DNA of 32,000 nucleotides, from assembly GCA_038889235.1 (NCBI GenBank), contig JAWAHN010000001.1, positions 524,499 through 556,498 on the forward strand, written 5' to 3'. Made by a program: the position numbers and the translations under genes. The notes below the pieces were generated by a model. The model was not told the origin of the DNA. It worked only from the letters and a program-made list of their open reading frames with translations, and searched no databases. Below, in pieces: positions 19,038 to 28,030 of this stretch. Origin of the DNA: Candidatus Jordarchaeales archaeon (GTDB lineage Archaea > Asgardarchaeota > Jordiarchaeia > Jordiarchaeales > Freyrarchaeaceae). How positions within the stretch are numbered: the first letter of the stretch is position 1; each line of letters opens with the position of its first letter.

Positions 19038-19469
19038 TTAAATGTTAAGCTTCATTGCTGTTTGCTTTGTCATTTCTCCTATTATTCTGTCTACTTCTTC
19101 CGCTATTTTTTCAGCTACTTTTCTGGCGAGTTTTTCACCTTCCTCGTCAAGTTTTCTCCTGGAGTTAGACTTAAGACCGTATGCTCTCATTACGTCCGAG
19201 ACTCTTATCACTGCCGCTACATTTCCACCATTCATTTTGATGACTTTCTCGGCGCATCCCTTATCGCACCCATCAACTATTATCGTAGGTTGCTTTCTGA
19301 CGAAGGCACGCTCATCCTCCTTACCTGAAATGTAGAGGGGCAAACATATGACCATCGTCTGGGTTGGTTTAAGCTCCTCCGTCACGATTCGCGTAGCCAC
19401 GCGCGTGACGGTGCCTTCAGAGATTTCTTCGCCGCCACAAGCCACTATGCCGATCATGGGAATCAGCAT
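19038..19469 (-). CDS. DGC-domain putative zinc-binding protein
   Basis: ACGG, ICLP, VDGCDKGCA. Confidence 0.8.
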   Translation of the reverse strand: MLIPMIGIVACGGEEISEGTVTRVATRIVTEELKPTQTMVICLPLYISGKEDERAFVRKQPTIIVDGCDKGCAEKVIKMNGGNVAAVIRVSDVMRAYGLKSNSRRKLDEEGEKLARKVAEKIAEEVDRIIGEMTKQTAMKLNI

Positions 19470-19472
19470 CAG

Positions 19473-19886
19473 CTACACCCCTTCGGAGTTTAATATCCTG
19501 TCGACCTCGCCGCTAACCTTTTCAGCTATTACCTCAGCCAGCTTTCTCCCCTTTTCATCGAGCTCTATCACAGACGACCTGTCAGGCTTCAAGTTCCTAT
19601 ATTCCCGGAGAAGTTTCGTGACCTCAAATACTACAGCAGGCTTGCCACCGGCGCTCTCCACGGCGAAGCTGGCACATTTTGAGGGGCAACCATTAATCAC
19701 GATGCAAGCGTTATCTCTAACCAGCTGTCTAGCACCAACATCGTCGACTATCAGCTTTGGGAGACATACCGTTAATGTTACATCCGGTCTGAGTTCCTCG
19801 ATGACCCTGTACGCCGCCTCGCGCGCTATACTCCCGTAAGTCTTCCCTACACCACTACAAGGAAGAACCACCACTTTTTTACCCAT
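19473..19886 (-). CDS. DGC-domain putative zinc-binding protein
   Basis: PCSG, VCLP, INGCPSKCA. Confidence 0.8.
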   Translation of the reverse strand: MGKKVVVLPCSGVGKTYGSIAREAAYRVIEELRPDVTLTVCLPKLIVDDVGARQLVRDNACIVINGCPSKCASFAVESAGGKPAVVFEVTKLLREYRNLKPDRSSVIELDEKGRKLAEVIAEKVSGEVDRILNSEGV

Positions 19887-20274
19887 AGGCAGCTTCCTCC
19901 TTAATTATCCTTTTTAACTCCTCTTTCTCCGGAACAACTCCGACAGTTTTCACCTTTCCATTCACCACAACCACCGGAGTCAGCATTATTCTTCTCTTCC
20001 TCGCCTCCTCAACGTATGGGGCCAGCCACTCATCTATTCCCCTAAAGTCGCGCCTTTTGAAAAGCTCGTCCAGCTCGTCAGTATTAACACCTAAACTTTC
20101 GAGGAAGATATGTGAGTCCATTATGCGCCCGTACTTTTCAGACTCATCAGAGCCGGCAAAAACGTGCGTTATCTCCATGTCTAATCCTTCTTCACTTTTT
20201 ATTTCCCTAAGCATCCTGAGGATCCTACGACACCTTATGCATGGAGGATTTGGACCAACTATAACTATATGCAT
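19879..20274 (-). CDS. Thioredoxin-family small redox-active disulfide protein
   Basis: GPNPPCIRC and MLTPVVVVNGKVKTVG. Confidence 0.8.
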   Translation of the reverse strand: MHIVIVGPNPPCIRCRRILRMLREIKSEEGLDMEITHVFAGSDESEKYGRIMDSHIFLESLGVNTDELDELFKRRDFRGIDEWLAPYVEEARKRRIMLTPVVVVNGKVKTVGVVPEKEELKRIIKEEAAYG

Positions 20275-21247
20275 AAGTTTTTCACCACACTTAAAAGTTA
20301 AAGCTCAATACTGAACACGTCTGCTTCCTCGAGGAGCACAAAGGATTATCGCTATAAAAAAATATCGTTTAACGTCAATATATTAGACTTCACTTCATAG
20401 CAGAAACATGAAAAGTAAAGAGATATAGCGTAGTGCTCCTTTTGTGTGAAGACGCATAAAGCACGAGAAGTGACGACATTAGTGTAATAGTGACTTTGTA
20501 CCAAACGCAACGCTCTCATAAAGCGAGAATTGTACAAAAATGAAGAGGCATAGTAAAGGTCAGGTGAAGCAAGGTCGTAAGAAGAGTAATAGTAGAACCT
20601 GAAGAAGGCTGAAAAGTTTAGAGGTCAACAAGAGATTATTCTTAGAACGCCAGCAGGACAGCTAGAGGAGCAACGATAGTGCGCCCATTAAAAGGTATGG
20701 GGGATTACTATGAGGAAGCAAGAAAAGCAGAATGGAATTGCCTAGAAAGTTTTTATAATATGAACGAAGCTCATAGAAGCCTTAAGTTCAGGAAGAACTT
20801 GACGGATATACGATTATTAACATCGTAGAGTTACCAAGGAAGGGTGAGGCTGGCTAACAGTCCTAGCTTCTTGCTTAAGGACTACCCTAAGCAATGGAGG
20901 CATTTATGGATAATGGTGGAGGAGAGAGAAGACACTCTTTATTCCAGCAATCAATTGCATAATTTCAGTAGCCGCGCTTGACAGAAAACTCATTATCGCG
21001 ACTCGAGACAAACAATTTTACATTCTTGAGAAGGATCTAACCCTGAACTAGAAGTATCCGAAAAACGGCAAAGTATTAACTCACGGCATGATGTGCCGCT
21101 GTCATTAGGTTTCGGTTGGTTCCGCCATCAACGTTAGCATGCATCTGTTTTTCTAATTATCGACATAAAGCAATACTTTTAAGTCGACAAATACTACTTT
21201 AGCCTGACGGCCGCCAAACATGAAAGCTAAAGAGGAGAGAATTTATT

Positions 21248-21832
21248 ATGTCAAATAAAAATACGGGCGGTAAAGGGTCGTTTATCAATTTGCTGATCCC
21301 TCCAAGAGTGAGGGAAGTCAAGATAACAGAAGTTCTTCCCTGCCTCGCCGCCGAAGATAGGATACGGGTCGTGGGCAACACGGGTGAGAAACTAAGCGAC
21401 CTCTTGCCAGTCATATACCTCTATCTTCCCCAAGCAACGTATAGCAGGGAGTCGGACTCCGTGAGTTTTATGTTCGAAGAGCACCTCATCACTGTTTTTG
21501 GTGAGGGAAAAATAACAGCCACAAACCTGAAGGATAAGGATGAAGCTATACGCACTTTAAACTATGTTAAAGATCTGCTGAACAGGGCAGCGATCTACGT
21601 GAGCCGGCATGGAGTACCATCCCTCGAACTCATGAGTAGCAAGCCCAAAGTCAACCCAATCGAAATCAACAAAGCCTTACCAAAAAAGGACTGCGGAAAG
21701 TGCGGCGTATCTACATGCTATGGCTTCGCTGTAAAGCTCGCGCTCGGAGAATGCAAGCCAAGCATGTGCCCCTATCTCGACGCAAACAGCCAGAAAGAGC
21801 TACAAAAGAAAATACATTTCATTCAAATATAA
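21248..21832 (+). CDS. Fe-S-binding protein (AcsC/RnfB-like CxxC-4x-C...CP domain) with N-terminal alpha/beta domain
   Basis: LPKKDCGKCGVSTCYGFAVKL...CPYL, and N-terminal PCLA and ITVFGEGKIT. Confidence 0.8.
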   Translation: MSNKNTGGKGSFINLLIPPRVREVKITEVLPCLAAEDRIRVVGNTGEKLSDLLPVIYLYLPQATYSRESDSVSFMFEEHLITVFGEGKITATNLKDKDEAIRTLNYVKDLLNRAAIYVSRHGVPSLELMSSKPKVNPIEINKALPKKDCGKCGVSTCYGFAVKLALGECKPSMCPYLDANSQKELQKKIHFIQI

Positions 21833-22072
21833 ACTATCAGTCCTCCAAGCATCATGAAAACTTCTTCCTAAAACGAAAACAACGTAACCTTCTTCTTTTT
21901 CTCTTTTCATTTAAAGCATCGCCTTCCAGGTTCAGTAGACAAACTTATTAAGTTTTGATAGAAGAAGTTGAAGATCGTTTTCTCTTCATCAAAAATAAGG
22001 AGGGTGAAGCTAGCGGAAGATTTGGTTTTGATCCTTATGGTGGCGTTAAAAGTGTTAGAGGGAGGGTTTTAG

Positions 22073-22250
22073 ATGCCTGAGAGGAGTAGTTGGGAGAGGC
22101 AAGCGGATAAAGATCTGAGTGTCGCTGAAGAACTGTTAAGGATGGTTTTTTGAGTGGGCTTGCTTTGTAGCTCAGCAGGCTTCGGAAAAGCTGTAAAGGC
22201 AGTTTTTCAGAAGTTGAACGCCACCGCTTGGGGCCACTCCGTATATTCAA
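22073..22250 (+). pseudogene. HEPN-domain toxin pseudogene
   Basis: MPERSSWERQADKDLSVAEELL / DGF / EWACFVAQQASEK / AVKAVFQKLNATAWGHSV can be read only across three single-base deletions. End coordinate approximate. Confidence 0.75.
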
Positions 22251-22610
22251 AACCTATCTATTCCGAAACTGCTGACGGCAGCAACCCGTACTTCTAGAGG
22301 TAACCTTCAGGTCTTATGCGATCCGGAGCTCTTACAATCAGCATGTAGGTGACATTTTCACTGAGAATGAAGACATTAGGTACTTCTGCTTTTCACTTCC
22401 CTCCTACAGGTTACTCGGCGGATGACTGAGTATTTAAGAAGCTAGAGAGGTTTCTGAGAAAACGAATTGGTGAAGTGGCAAATAATGAAGAAAAAAAGAC
22501 GAATGAACGAGGGACGAAATTGACGGGAGAAGACATGTTACCGCAAGGCGGAAAACCTTAAGGGCGCGAAAATATCTGAACGATGAATAAAAAAGTTAGA
22601 TTGGGGGGCT

Positions 22611-22994
22611 TTAGTCTTCCACTTCGATCCAGTTCATTTCGTCCTTGGAGTAGGCTGCAAGCTCGTAGTCCTTTGTCATCTCGATGGCGCCGTTCGGACA
22701 CGACAAAGTACATTGACCACAGAACATGCAGGCCGCCAGGAATATTTTGGGTCTTTTTCCTGTTTTTGTTCTTTGTCCTTCGGGTCTGGTGTCTGGCACC
22801 ATTGTTATCGCTCCTGTGGGGCAGTCTCTGGCACATAGGCTGCATCCATTGCACTTGTTAACGTGGTATATGTGTCTTCCTCGGTAGCCTTCGGGTACTG
22901 GGAGTTTTTCGAATGGATAGAAGACTGTTGCCGGCTTCCTCGTTAGGTGTTTCATGAGTAACGGGATTATGGCGGCTGGTCGTGGCACGTTCAA
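22611..22994 (-). CDS. NuoI/EchF-like 2x[4Fe-4S] subunit
   Basis: ATVFYPFEK, YRGRH, CNGCSLCARDCP, CMFCGQCTLSCP. Confidence 0.9.
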   Translation of the reverse strand: MNVPRPAAIIPLLMKHLTRKPATVFYPFEKLPVPEGYRGRHIYHVNKCNGCSLCARDCPTGAITMVPDTRPEGQRTKTGKRPKIFLAACMFCGQCTLSCPNGAIEMTKDYELAAYSKDEMNWIEVED

Positions 22995-23001
22995 ACACCT
23001 C

Positions 23002-24291
23002 CTACAGCATGCTCAAGGCTAGCATTATTAGTGTGGAAGTTGCCCTCCATCCGAAGAGGTCGAAGTAGGCTGCCGCCTGTATCACTACGATGTTGAGTAT
23101 CGTTAACGGGATGAGGTATTTCCAAGCTCCCGCCGTCACCTGGTCTATTCTGAACCTCGCGAACGCTGTCCTAAGCAGCGTTATCAGGAAGAGAACCGCG
23201 AAGAGCTTGACAAGGAACCAGCCAAGACCAATCAAGTACCCTAGTGGAAGGGCGCCAAACATTCTTTCAATGGGGGTTACCCCTATGCTGCTTCCCGGTC
23301 CATAGGGCCCGCCTAGGAACAACGCGGCAGCCAATCCAGCTCCGAATATCATCTCTAGATCGCCTGCCGCCCTGAACATTGCAAGTTTCTTACCAGAGAT
23401 TTCTGTTTGCCAGCCTGCAACTATCTCGGTGTGGGCTTCTGGTATGTCGAACGGGACTTTCTCCATTTCAGCCATAAGCGAGATCAGAAGCGAAACGAAC
23501 GATATTGGCGCCACGAGTATCAATGGCATTTTCGTGATCGCCTGGAAAGTGGTGATGTTCCCTATGGTTAATACCTGCAAGATGGAGAATGGTTGCAGCT
23601 GGAGCAGAGGGGCAATGTAGAACGTCCAAAGCTCGGGCATTAGCGTTGAGAGCAGCAGGTATTGTTCTATGGTCAGCCTCGGAAGGTTGAGAAGGCCGAG
23701 AAACGCCAACATCTGGGCGACTTGTTGTGGGGTTGCCATGTAGCACGCGACGACTAGCGCCGGTGTGAGTGCGGATAGTGCCAGTGGTACTTCAAACGCC
23801 ACAAGCTGCAAGCCCGACCTCGCGGTCCCTATTTCGCCAAACCTGCTGGTTGAGAACCAGCCCGTGAGTATCACGGTAATGGTGTACATGGTTGCCAGGA
23901 ATATTAGGAAGACGAGGTCGCCTTCGAAACTTATGATTCCCGATCCCTTGTAGACGGGAAGGAACATTACCATAGTTAGAGCCACGGTGAACGCCACTAT
24001 GGGCGTCGCTACCAAGCTCTTGGCGTCTGCGCCTTTCTGCACTACATCTTCTTTGGCTAGCAGCTTTATGAAGTCTGCTAGTGGCTGTAAGATGCCGTGC
24101 CACCCAGTATAGAATGGTCCGACGCGGTGTTGCAAGCGTGCATGGACTTTTCTGTCAAACCACTCGCCGAGGAAGGCTAATGCTACCATGAAGATTGCTC
24201 CCGGGAACACTAACAGCTTGAAGAGTTCTTTTGCGATGTTGAAGGCTTCGAGTTGCTGAGATAACAGGTAGAGGAGGAGTTCAGTGCTCAT
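23002..24291 (-). CDS. NuoH/EchB-like membrane subunit with a large internal insertion
   Basis: RKVHARLQHRVGP, LQPLADFIKLLAKE, KVPFDIPEAHTEIVAG, RFRIDQ. Confidence 0.92.
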   Translation of the reverse strand: MSTELLLYLLSQQLEAFNIAKELFKLLVFPGAIFMVALAFLGEWFDRKVHARLQHRVGPFYTGWHGILQPLADFIKLLAKEDVVQKGADAKSLVATPIVAFTVALTMVMFLPVYKGSGIISFEGDLVFLIFLATMYTITVILTGWFSTSRFGEIGTARSGLQLVAFEVPLALSALTPALVVACYMATPQQVAQMLAFLGLLNLPRLTIEQYLLLSTLMPELWTFYIAPLLQLQPFSILQVLTIGNITTFQAITKMPLILVAPISFVSLLISLMAEMEKVPFDIPEAHTEIVAGWQTEISGKKLAMFRAAGDLEMIFGAGLAAALFLGGPYGPGSSIGVTPIERMFGALPLGYLIGLGWFLVKLFAVLFLITLLRTAFARFRIDQVTAGAWKYLIPLTILNIVVIQAAAYFDLFGWRATSTLIMLALSML

Positions 24292-24356
24292 AGCCAGACC
24301 TCCTTTCTCCTTTTCGCGCCTGTCATTAATTTATACGTTTCCGTTAGAAAGACAGG

Positions 24357-25609
24357 CTACCACCGCCTCTCCTTCTCATTGAACTCCCTGCTATACTTTC
24401 GGAGTTCCTCCATTGACCAGACCCAGGAGTGTTCTTTCTCGACGTCCACGAACACTAACCTGTCCTCACATGAGAAGCATGGGTCAATTGACGCTAACGC
24501 CACAGGGATGTCTGCGATGTAGCAGCCTTTTAAGAGCTCTGCGACTGAGAGTATGTTCGCCATGGTCGGCGTCCTAATCTTGACCCTGTAAGGTTTATCG
24601 GTGCCATTGCTCTTCACATAGTAAACTAGCTCACCTCTCTGGGCTTCAAACCTAGAGAAGGCTTCACCCTCAGCCACACGCCGGATGAGCTTCTCGGGCA
24701 TGATGTTCCCGTCTTTAGGCATATGGTCGAGGCACCATCGGATGATCTTAATGCTTTCGAGTGTTTCGAGCACGCGCACAACAGCCCTACCGAAAGAGTC
24801 GCAAGAGTCCCACGTTACAACGTTAAACTCTGCCTCATCGTATTTCAAGTGCGGATCGTCTTTACGTACATCTCGCTCAACCCCAGCTGCACGAATGGTA
24901 GGGCCAACGGCTCCCAACTTTACGCCAGTCACAGGATCGAGAATGCCTACATCTTCAGTCCTCTTCCTGATAGTAGTCTCTTCAAGACACAATTTCTCGT
25001 AGTATTTCGTCCTCTCTTCGAGGTAGTCGAGACCTTTCCTGATTTTGTCAGCGAGCTCAGGAGTTATGTCCCTTCTAACACCGCCGATGATATTCATAGC
25101 ATAGTTGACCCTATTACCTGAAATAGCCTCAAGCAGATCCATAACAACTTCTCTATCACGCCACACGTACATGAACAGTGTCTCAAAACCAATTTCTAAT
25201 CCTAGAGCGCCAAGCCACAGCAGGTGGCTGTGGATACGCTCAAGCTCGCTCACTATGGTCCTGATAAACTTAGCTTTCTCACTAACCTCTATTCCGCCAG
25301 CCTCTTCAACAGCCAGCGAAAAGCAAGTCGTATTCGCGCTCCCCAAGGCGACGGGCACACATAGAACTTACGACATTTGCCTTAGAGGAGTTGCGCGTTC
25401 GAACATATACCGCAAACCCTTTCTACCAAGAATATTCCTTGTATGTAGGTCCTGTTTTCCAGCGCCTTTTCTATCCCCCTGTGAACATACCCGATCCTAG
25501 GTTTCACGTCTACGACTGTTTCTCCCTCAACAAATATCTGGAACAGTTCAGGCTCGTGTAGAGCAGGGTGTTGTGGGCCAATGGGTACTATTACGGGTGC
25601 CGTTTTAAT
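24357..25609 (-). CDS. Group 4 [NiFe]-hydrogenase large subunit (NuoD/EchE-like), two exons: 25609-25392 and 25332-24357, 397 aa after splicing
   Basis: Exon 1 reads PIGPQHPALHEP...GYVHRGIEK...ERVCGICSNA (L1 motif). Exon 2 reads TTCF...ELERIHSHL...DPCFSCEDR (L2 motif). Probable ATT start at 25609 after GGAGGTG. Confidence 0.88.
25333..25391 (-). other. 59-nt bulge-helix-bulge (tRNA-type) intron in the hydrogenase large-subunit gene
   Basis: mRNA reads CGCG-CA^A-CUCCUCUAAGGC...GCCUUGGGGAG-CGCG-AA^U. Standard cuts join CA+U into the His codon and restore the frame. Confidence 0.85.
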
Positions 25610-25650
25610 GCACCTCCCTTCTATATCTTGTTTTCACGTCTTTTGTTTTG

Positions 25651-25670
25651 TTTATAAAATGTTTTCGCCT
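25651..25670 (-). promoter_or_regulatory. BRE/TATA-like promoter (AGGCGAAAACATTTTATAAA) upstream of the large-subunit gene
   Basis: Purine-rich BRE followed by TTTATAAA about 40 nt upstream of the ATT start. Confidence 0.55.
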
Positions 25671-26350
25671 TGTTTCTATAGAAAAGTCTTCGAACGTCAA
25701 CACGTTTTAAGTTTCCAACAGCGCTCTCTACGGCTTACTACCGTGACGAAGCTGCCTAAGGTCTACTATTTTTACCACTCACCTTTTCCTAACAGTTCTT
25801 AGTGCTACAGGCAGGTGCACTATTTCCTTCCGTTATCATTTGATTGCGCATTCATGTAGTGCATTCACACCACATAGCGAATTTAGGAGTATGAGCGCCG
25901 GCTTAATTCCATGTACGCTGAAGTTGGAGACTAGGGATTTCAATAAAGGGCTGGAAACCTTGTGAAAGAGTTAACGTCCGTGACCACGAGAAAGACTAAT
26001 AAAGCCGGTGGACGTCAGATCTTGATTAACTGTGCCGAACAGCGTCGAAGTTCAGCACTCGTGGGGACACGCATGGTGTCTCTTAAAAACAGGATTTTGG
26101 TTTTGAAAAGTGCAAGTTGTGTGAAGCGTCTTTATTGTTAAAAACCCCTTTTTTAATGTACTGCGTTTTAGTTAAGATTCAATAAGTTAGGATGCTATAA
26201 AAGTAAAGGGCAGAGTAGTGTTATTTTTTCTCAGGCTGTTGAAAAAGGGGGAGGGGTAGTGTTCTGCAGGGATGCCAGGGGGGCTTTTGGGAGGGAAGAA
26301 TTTATGTTTTTCTGACAGGGAGGGGGTCAGCTAGTGCTGTAGGATGGTTT

Positions 26351-26830
26351 CTACTCTTGTTGTGCCGGCTGCCAGTCCTTTCTAAGTGGGTATACGCCCT
26401 CCGGCCAGTCTTCGGGTAGTACGAGGCGTTCGAGGCTTGGGTGTCCTTCGAAAACTACTCCTAGGAGGTCGTGGACCTCGCGTTCGTAGAGGTTGCTTGA
26501 CGGCAGGATGTCTGTTATTGTTTCGAGCTTAGGGTTGGACTTTGGCACCATCGTCCTCACCATCACTGCTGTTTGAGGCTCCTTCGACCTCCACAAGTGG
26601 AATATTACCTCTATGTTTTCCCCGAGGTCGACGCCTGTTATCGTGGAGACGTGCCATAGGTCCCAGTTGTCTCTCATATACTCTATGACTTTCCTGTGCA
26701 CTCCAGGTTTTACTCTCAAGTGAATTCTCCTCGACCTTTTAATGTAGGCTTCCTCAAGTTGCGGCCCGAAGGCCGCTTTAAGTTCCTCGAGGAGTTGTTC
26801 CTCGCTCTTGGCCTCCTTCTTCTTGCCCAT
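26351..26830 (-). CDS. NuoC/EchD-like subunit
   Basis: [39 protein letters not shown]. Confidence 0.92.
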   Translation of the reverse strand: MGKKKEAKSEEQLLEELKAAFGPQLEEAYIKRSRRIHLRVKPGVHRKVIEYMRDNWDLWHVSTITGVDLGENIEVIFHLWRSKEPQTAVMVRTMVPKSNPKLETITDILPSSNLYEREVHDLLGVVFEGHPSLERLVLPEDWPEGVYPLRKDWQPAQQE

Positions 26831-26842
26831 CTTCTTCCCCCT

Positions 26843-27277
26843 CTACAGTTTTTGTATTTTTGCGAGAAGTTTCGCTACGCCGTCAATGATAGCCTCTGGC
26901 TTAGGCGGACACCCTGGCACGTACACGTCAACTGGGACTGCCGTGTCTATTCCCCCCTCGACCCCATAGCATCCCTTGAACACGCCTCCCGTGCATGCAC
27001 AGTTTCCAACCGCCATCACAAACTTGGGGTCGGGAACTTGCTCGTAGAGCTTCCTAAACCTGGCTTTCATTTGTTTAGTGATAGGCCCGGTGCAGACGAG
27101 GACGTCGGCGTGCCTTGGACTCCCCATTAGGAGAACACCGAAACGTTCGACATCGAATCGTGGCATTAGTGCTGCTAAGATTTCGATGTCACAAGCGTTG
27201 CATCCGCCGGTGTTCAAGTGGAGTATCCATGGCGACTTTAGCCTCGCCCATTTTATGACTTTGTCGAGGAGTCCCAT
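26843..27277 (-). CDS. NuoB/EchC-like small Fe-S subunit
   Basis: GGCNACDIE, SPRHAD, GNCACTGG, PGCPPKPE. Confidence 0.93.
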   Translation of the reverse strand: MGLLDKVIKWARLKSPWILHLNTGGCNACDIEILAALMPRFDVERFGVLLMGSPRHADVLVCTGPITKQMKARFRKLYEQVPDPKFVMAVGNCACTGGVFKGCYGVEGGIDTAVPVDVYVPGCPPKPEAIIDGVAKLLAKIQKL

Positions 27278-27338
27278 TGTACCACTTCCAAGACGTTTAG
27301 CGTTTAAACCATCCTGGCAGTTGGAGATTAGAAGAGTT

Positions 27339-27440
27339 CTCCCTTTTTTACTTTTCCGTTACCAGCGCAGCGCTCCCCCGACTCCCGGAAGGGGGTAAGT
27401 GATGACGAGGCCTTGCGGCGAAAAAGTAAAAAGGAGGGAG
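27339..27440. repeat. Imperfect ~20-bp inverted repeat in the nuoB/nuoA divergent intergenic region
   Basis: CTCCCTTTTTTACTTTTCCG (27339-27358) versus CGAAAAAGTAAAAAGGAGGGAG (27419-27440). Confidence 0.6.
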
Positions 27441-27499
27441 GTTTCTATTTTGTGCCGGCTCCCCCTTTTGGGCGCCTGTGTCCTCGCGGAGGTGAAGGC

Positions 27500-27817
27500 A
27501 TGTCTGGCTTACTGGCCTTGGGACTTGCAGTTCTAGTGAGTTTCCTTGTGGCATGTGCAATATACCTTACAGGGAAGGCTATTGGTGCTAAAGGCAAGGT
27601 GACGCCGGACAAGCTAGATCCCTATGCCTGTGGTGAGACTTTCCCCCCTGAGAAGTTTCAGTACAGGGTGCACCTAGTTTACTACGCGATATTCTTCACG
27701 CTGCTCGAAACGGCAGGAGTAATAGTGTTCACGTCCTCTTTCAGTAGTCCGCTATACGCCTTGATATACGTGGTGTTCCTAATGGTGGCAGCGCTTCTCG
27801 TCCTCTACAAGAGGTAG
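27500..27817 (+). CDS. NuoA-like membrane subunit
   Basis: Three TM helices, KLDPYACGE, YYAIFFTLLE. ATG at 27500 after GGAGGTGA. Confidence 0.88.
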   Translation: MSGLLALGLAVLVSFLVACAIYLTGKAIGAKGKVTPDKLDPYACGETFPPEKFQYRVHLVYYAIFFTLLETAGVIVFTSSFSSPLYALIYVVFLMVAALLVLYKR

Positions 27818-28030
27818 ATGAGAGGAGCAGAGTAGGAGCAGACCTGTCCCCCTCTGGGCGACACATCATGTCCCATTTTTTCACATAATTACTTCAACGA
27901 TCCCTGTTATCATGCCGTTTTCTTGCCTATGCCTGTTTTCGAAAAATTATTTAGAAGGGTAGATTCCAGCTTTTTTAAGCGTCATTGGAGTGTGATTTGG
28001 TTGAAGTTCCGTTTTGAACTTGAAGGTGAA

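Noticed and set aside
24357-25358. ORF-track start MPVALGSAN for the large subunit, or a pseudogene call
   Set aside because: That start lies inside the 59-nt insertion and omits the conserved N-terminal 72 codons. BHB splicing explains both pieces with one event.
25620-26350. 740-bp gap inside the hydrogenase cluster considered as IS/MITE, CRISPR or ncRNA
   Set aside because: No terminal inverted repeats, transposase fragment, repeat-spacer periodicity or recognisable RNA motif found by eye.
27397-27410. GTGATGA (also ATGATGA near 4608) considered as C boxes of C/D sRNAs
   Set aside because: No CTGA D box at a suitable distance.
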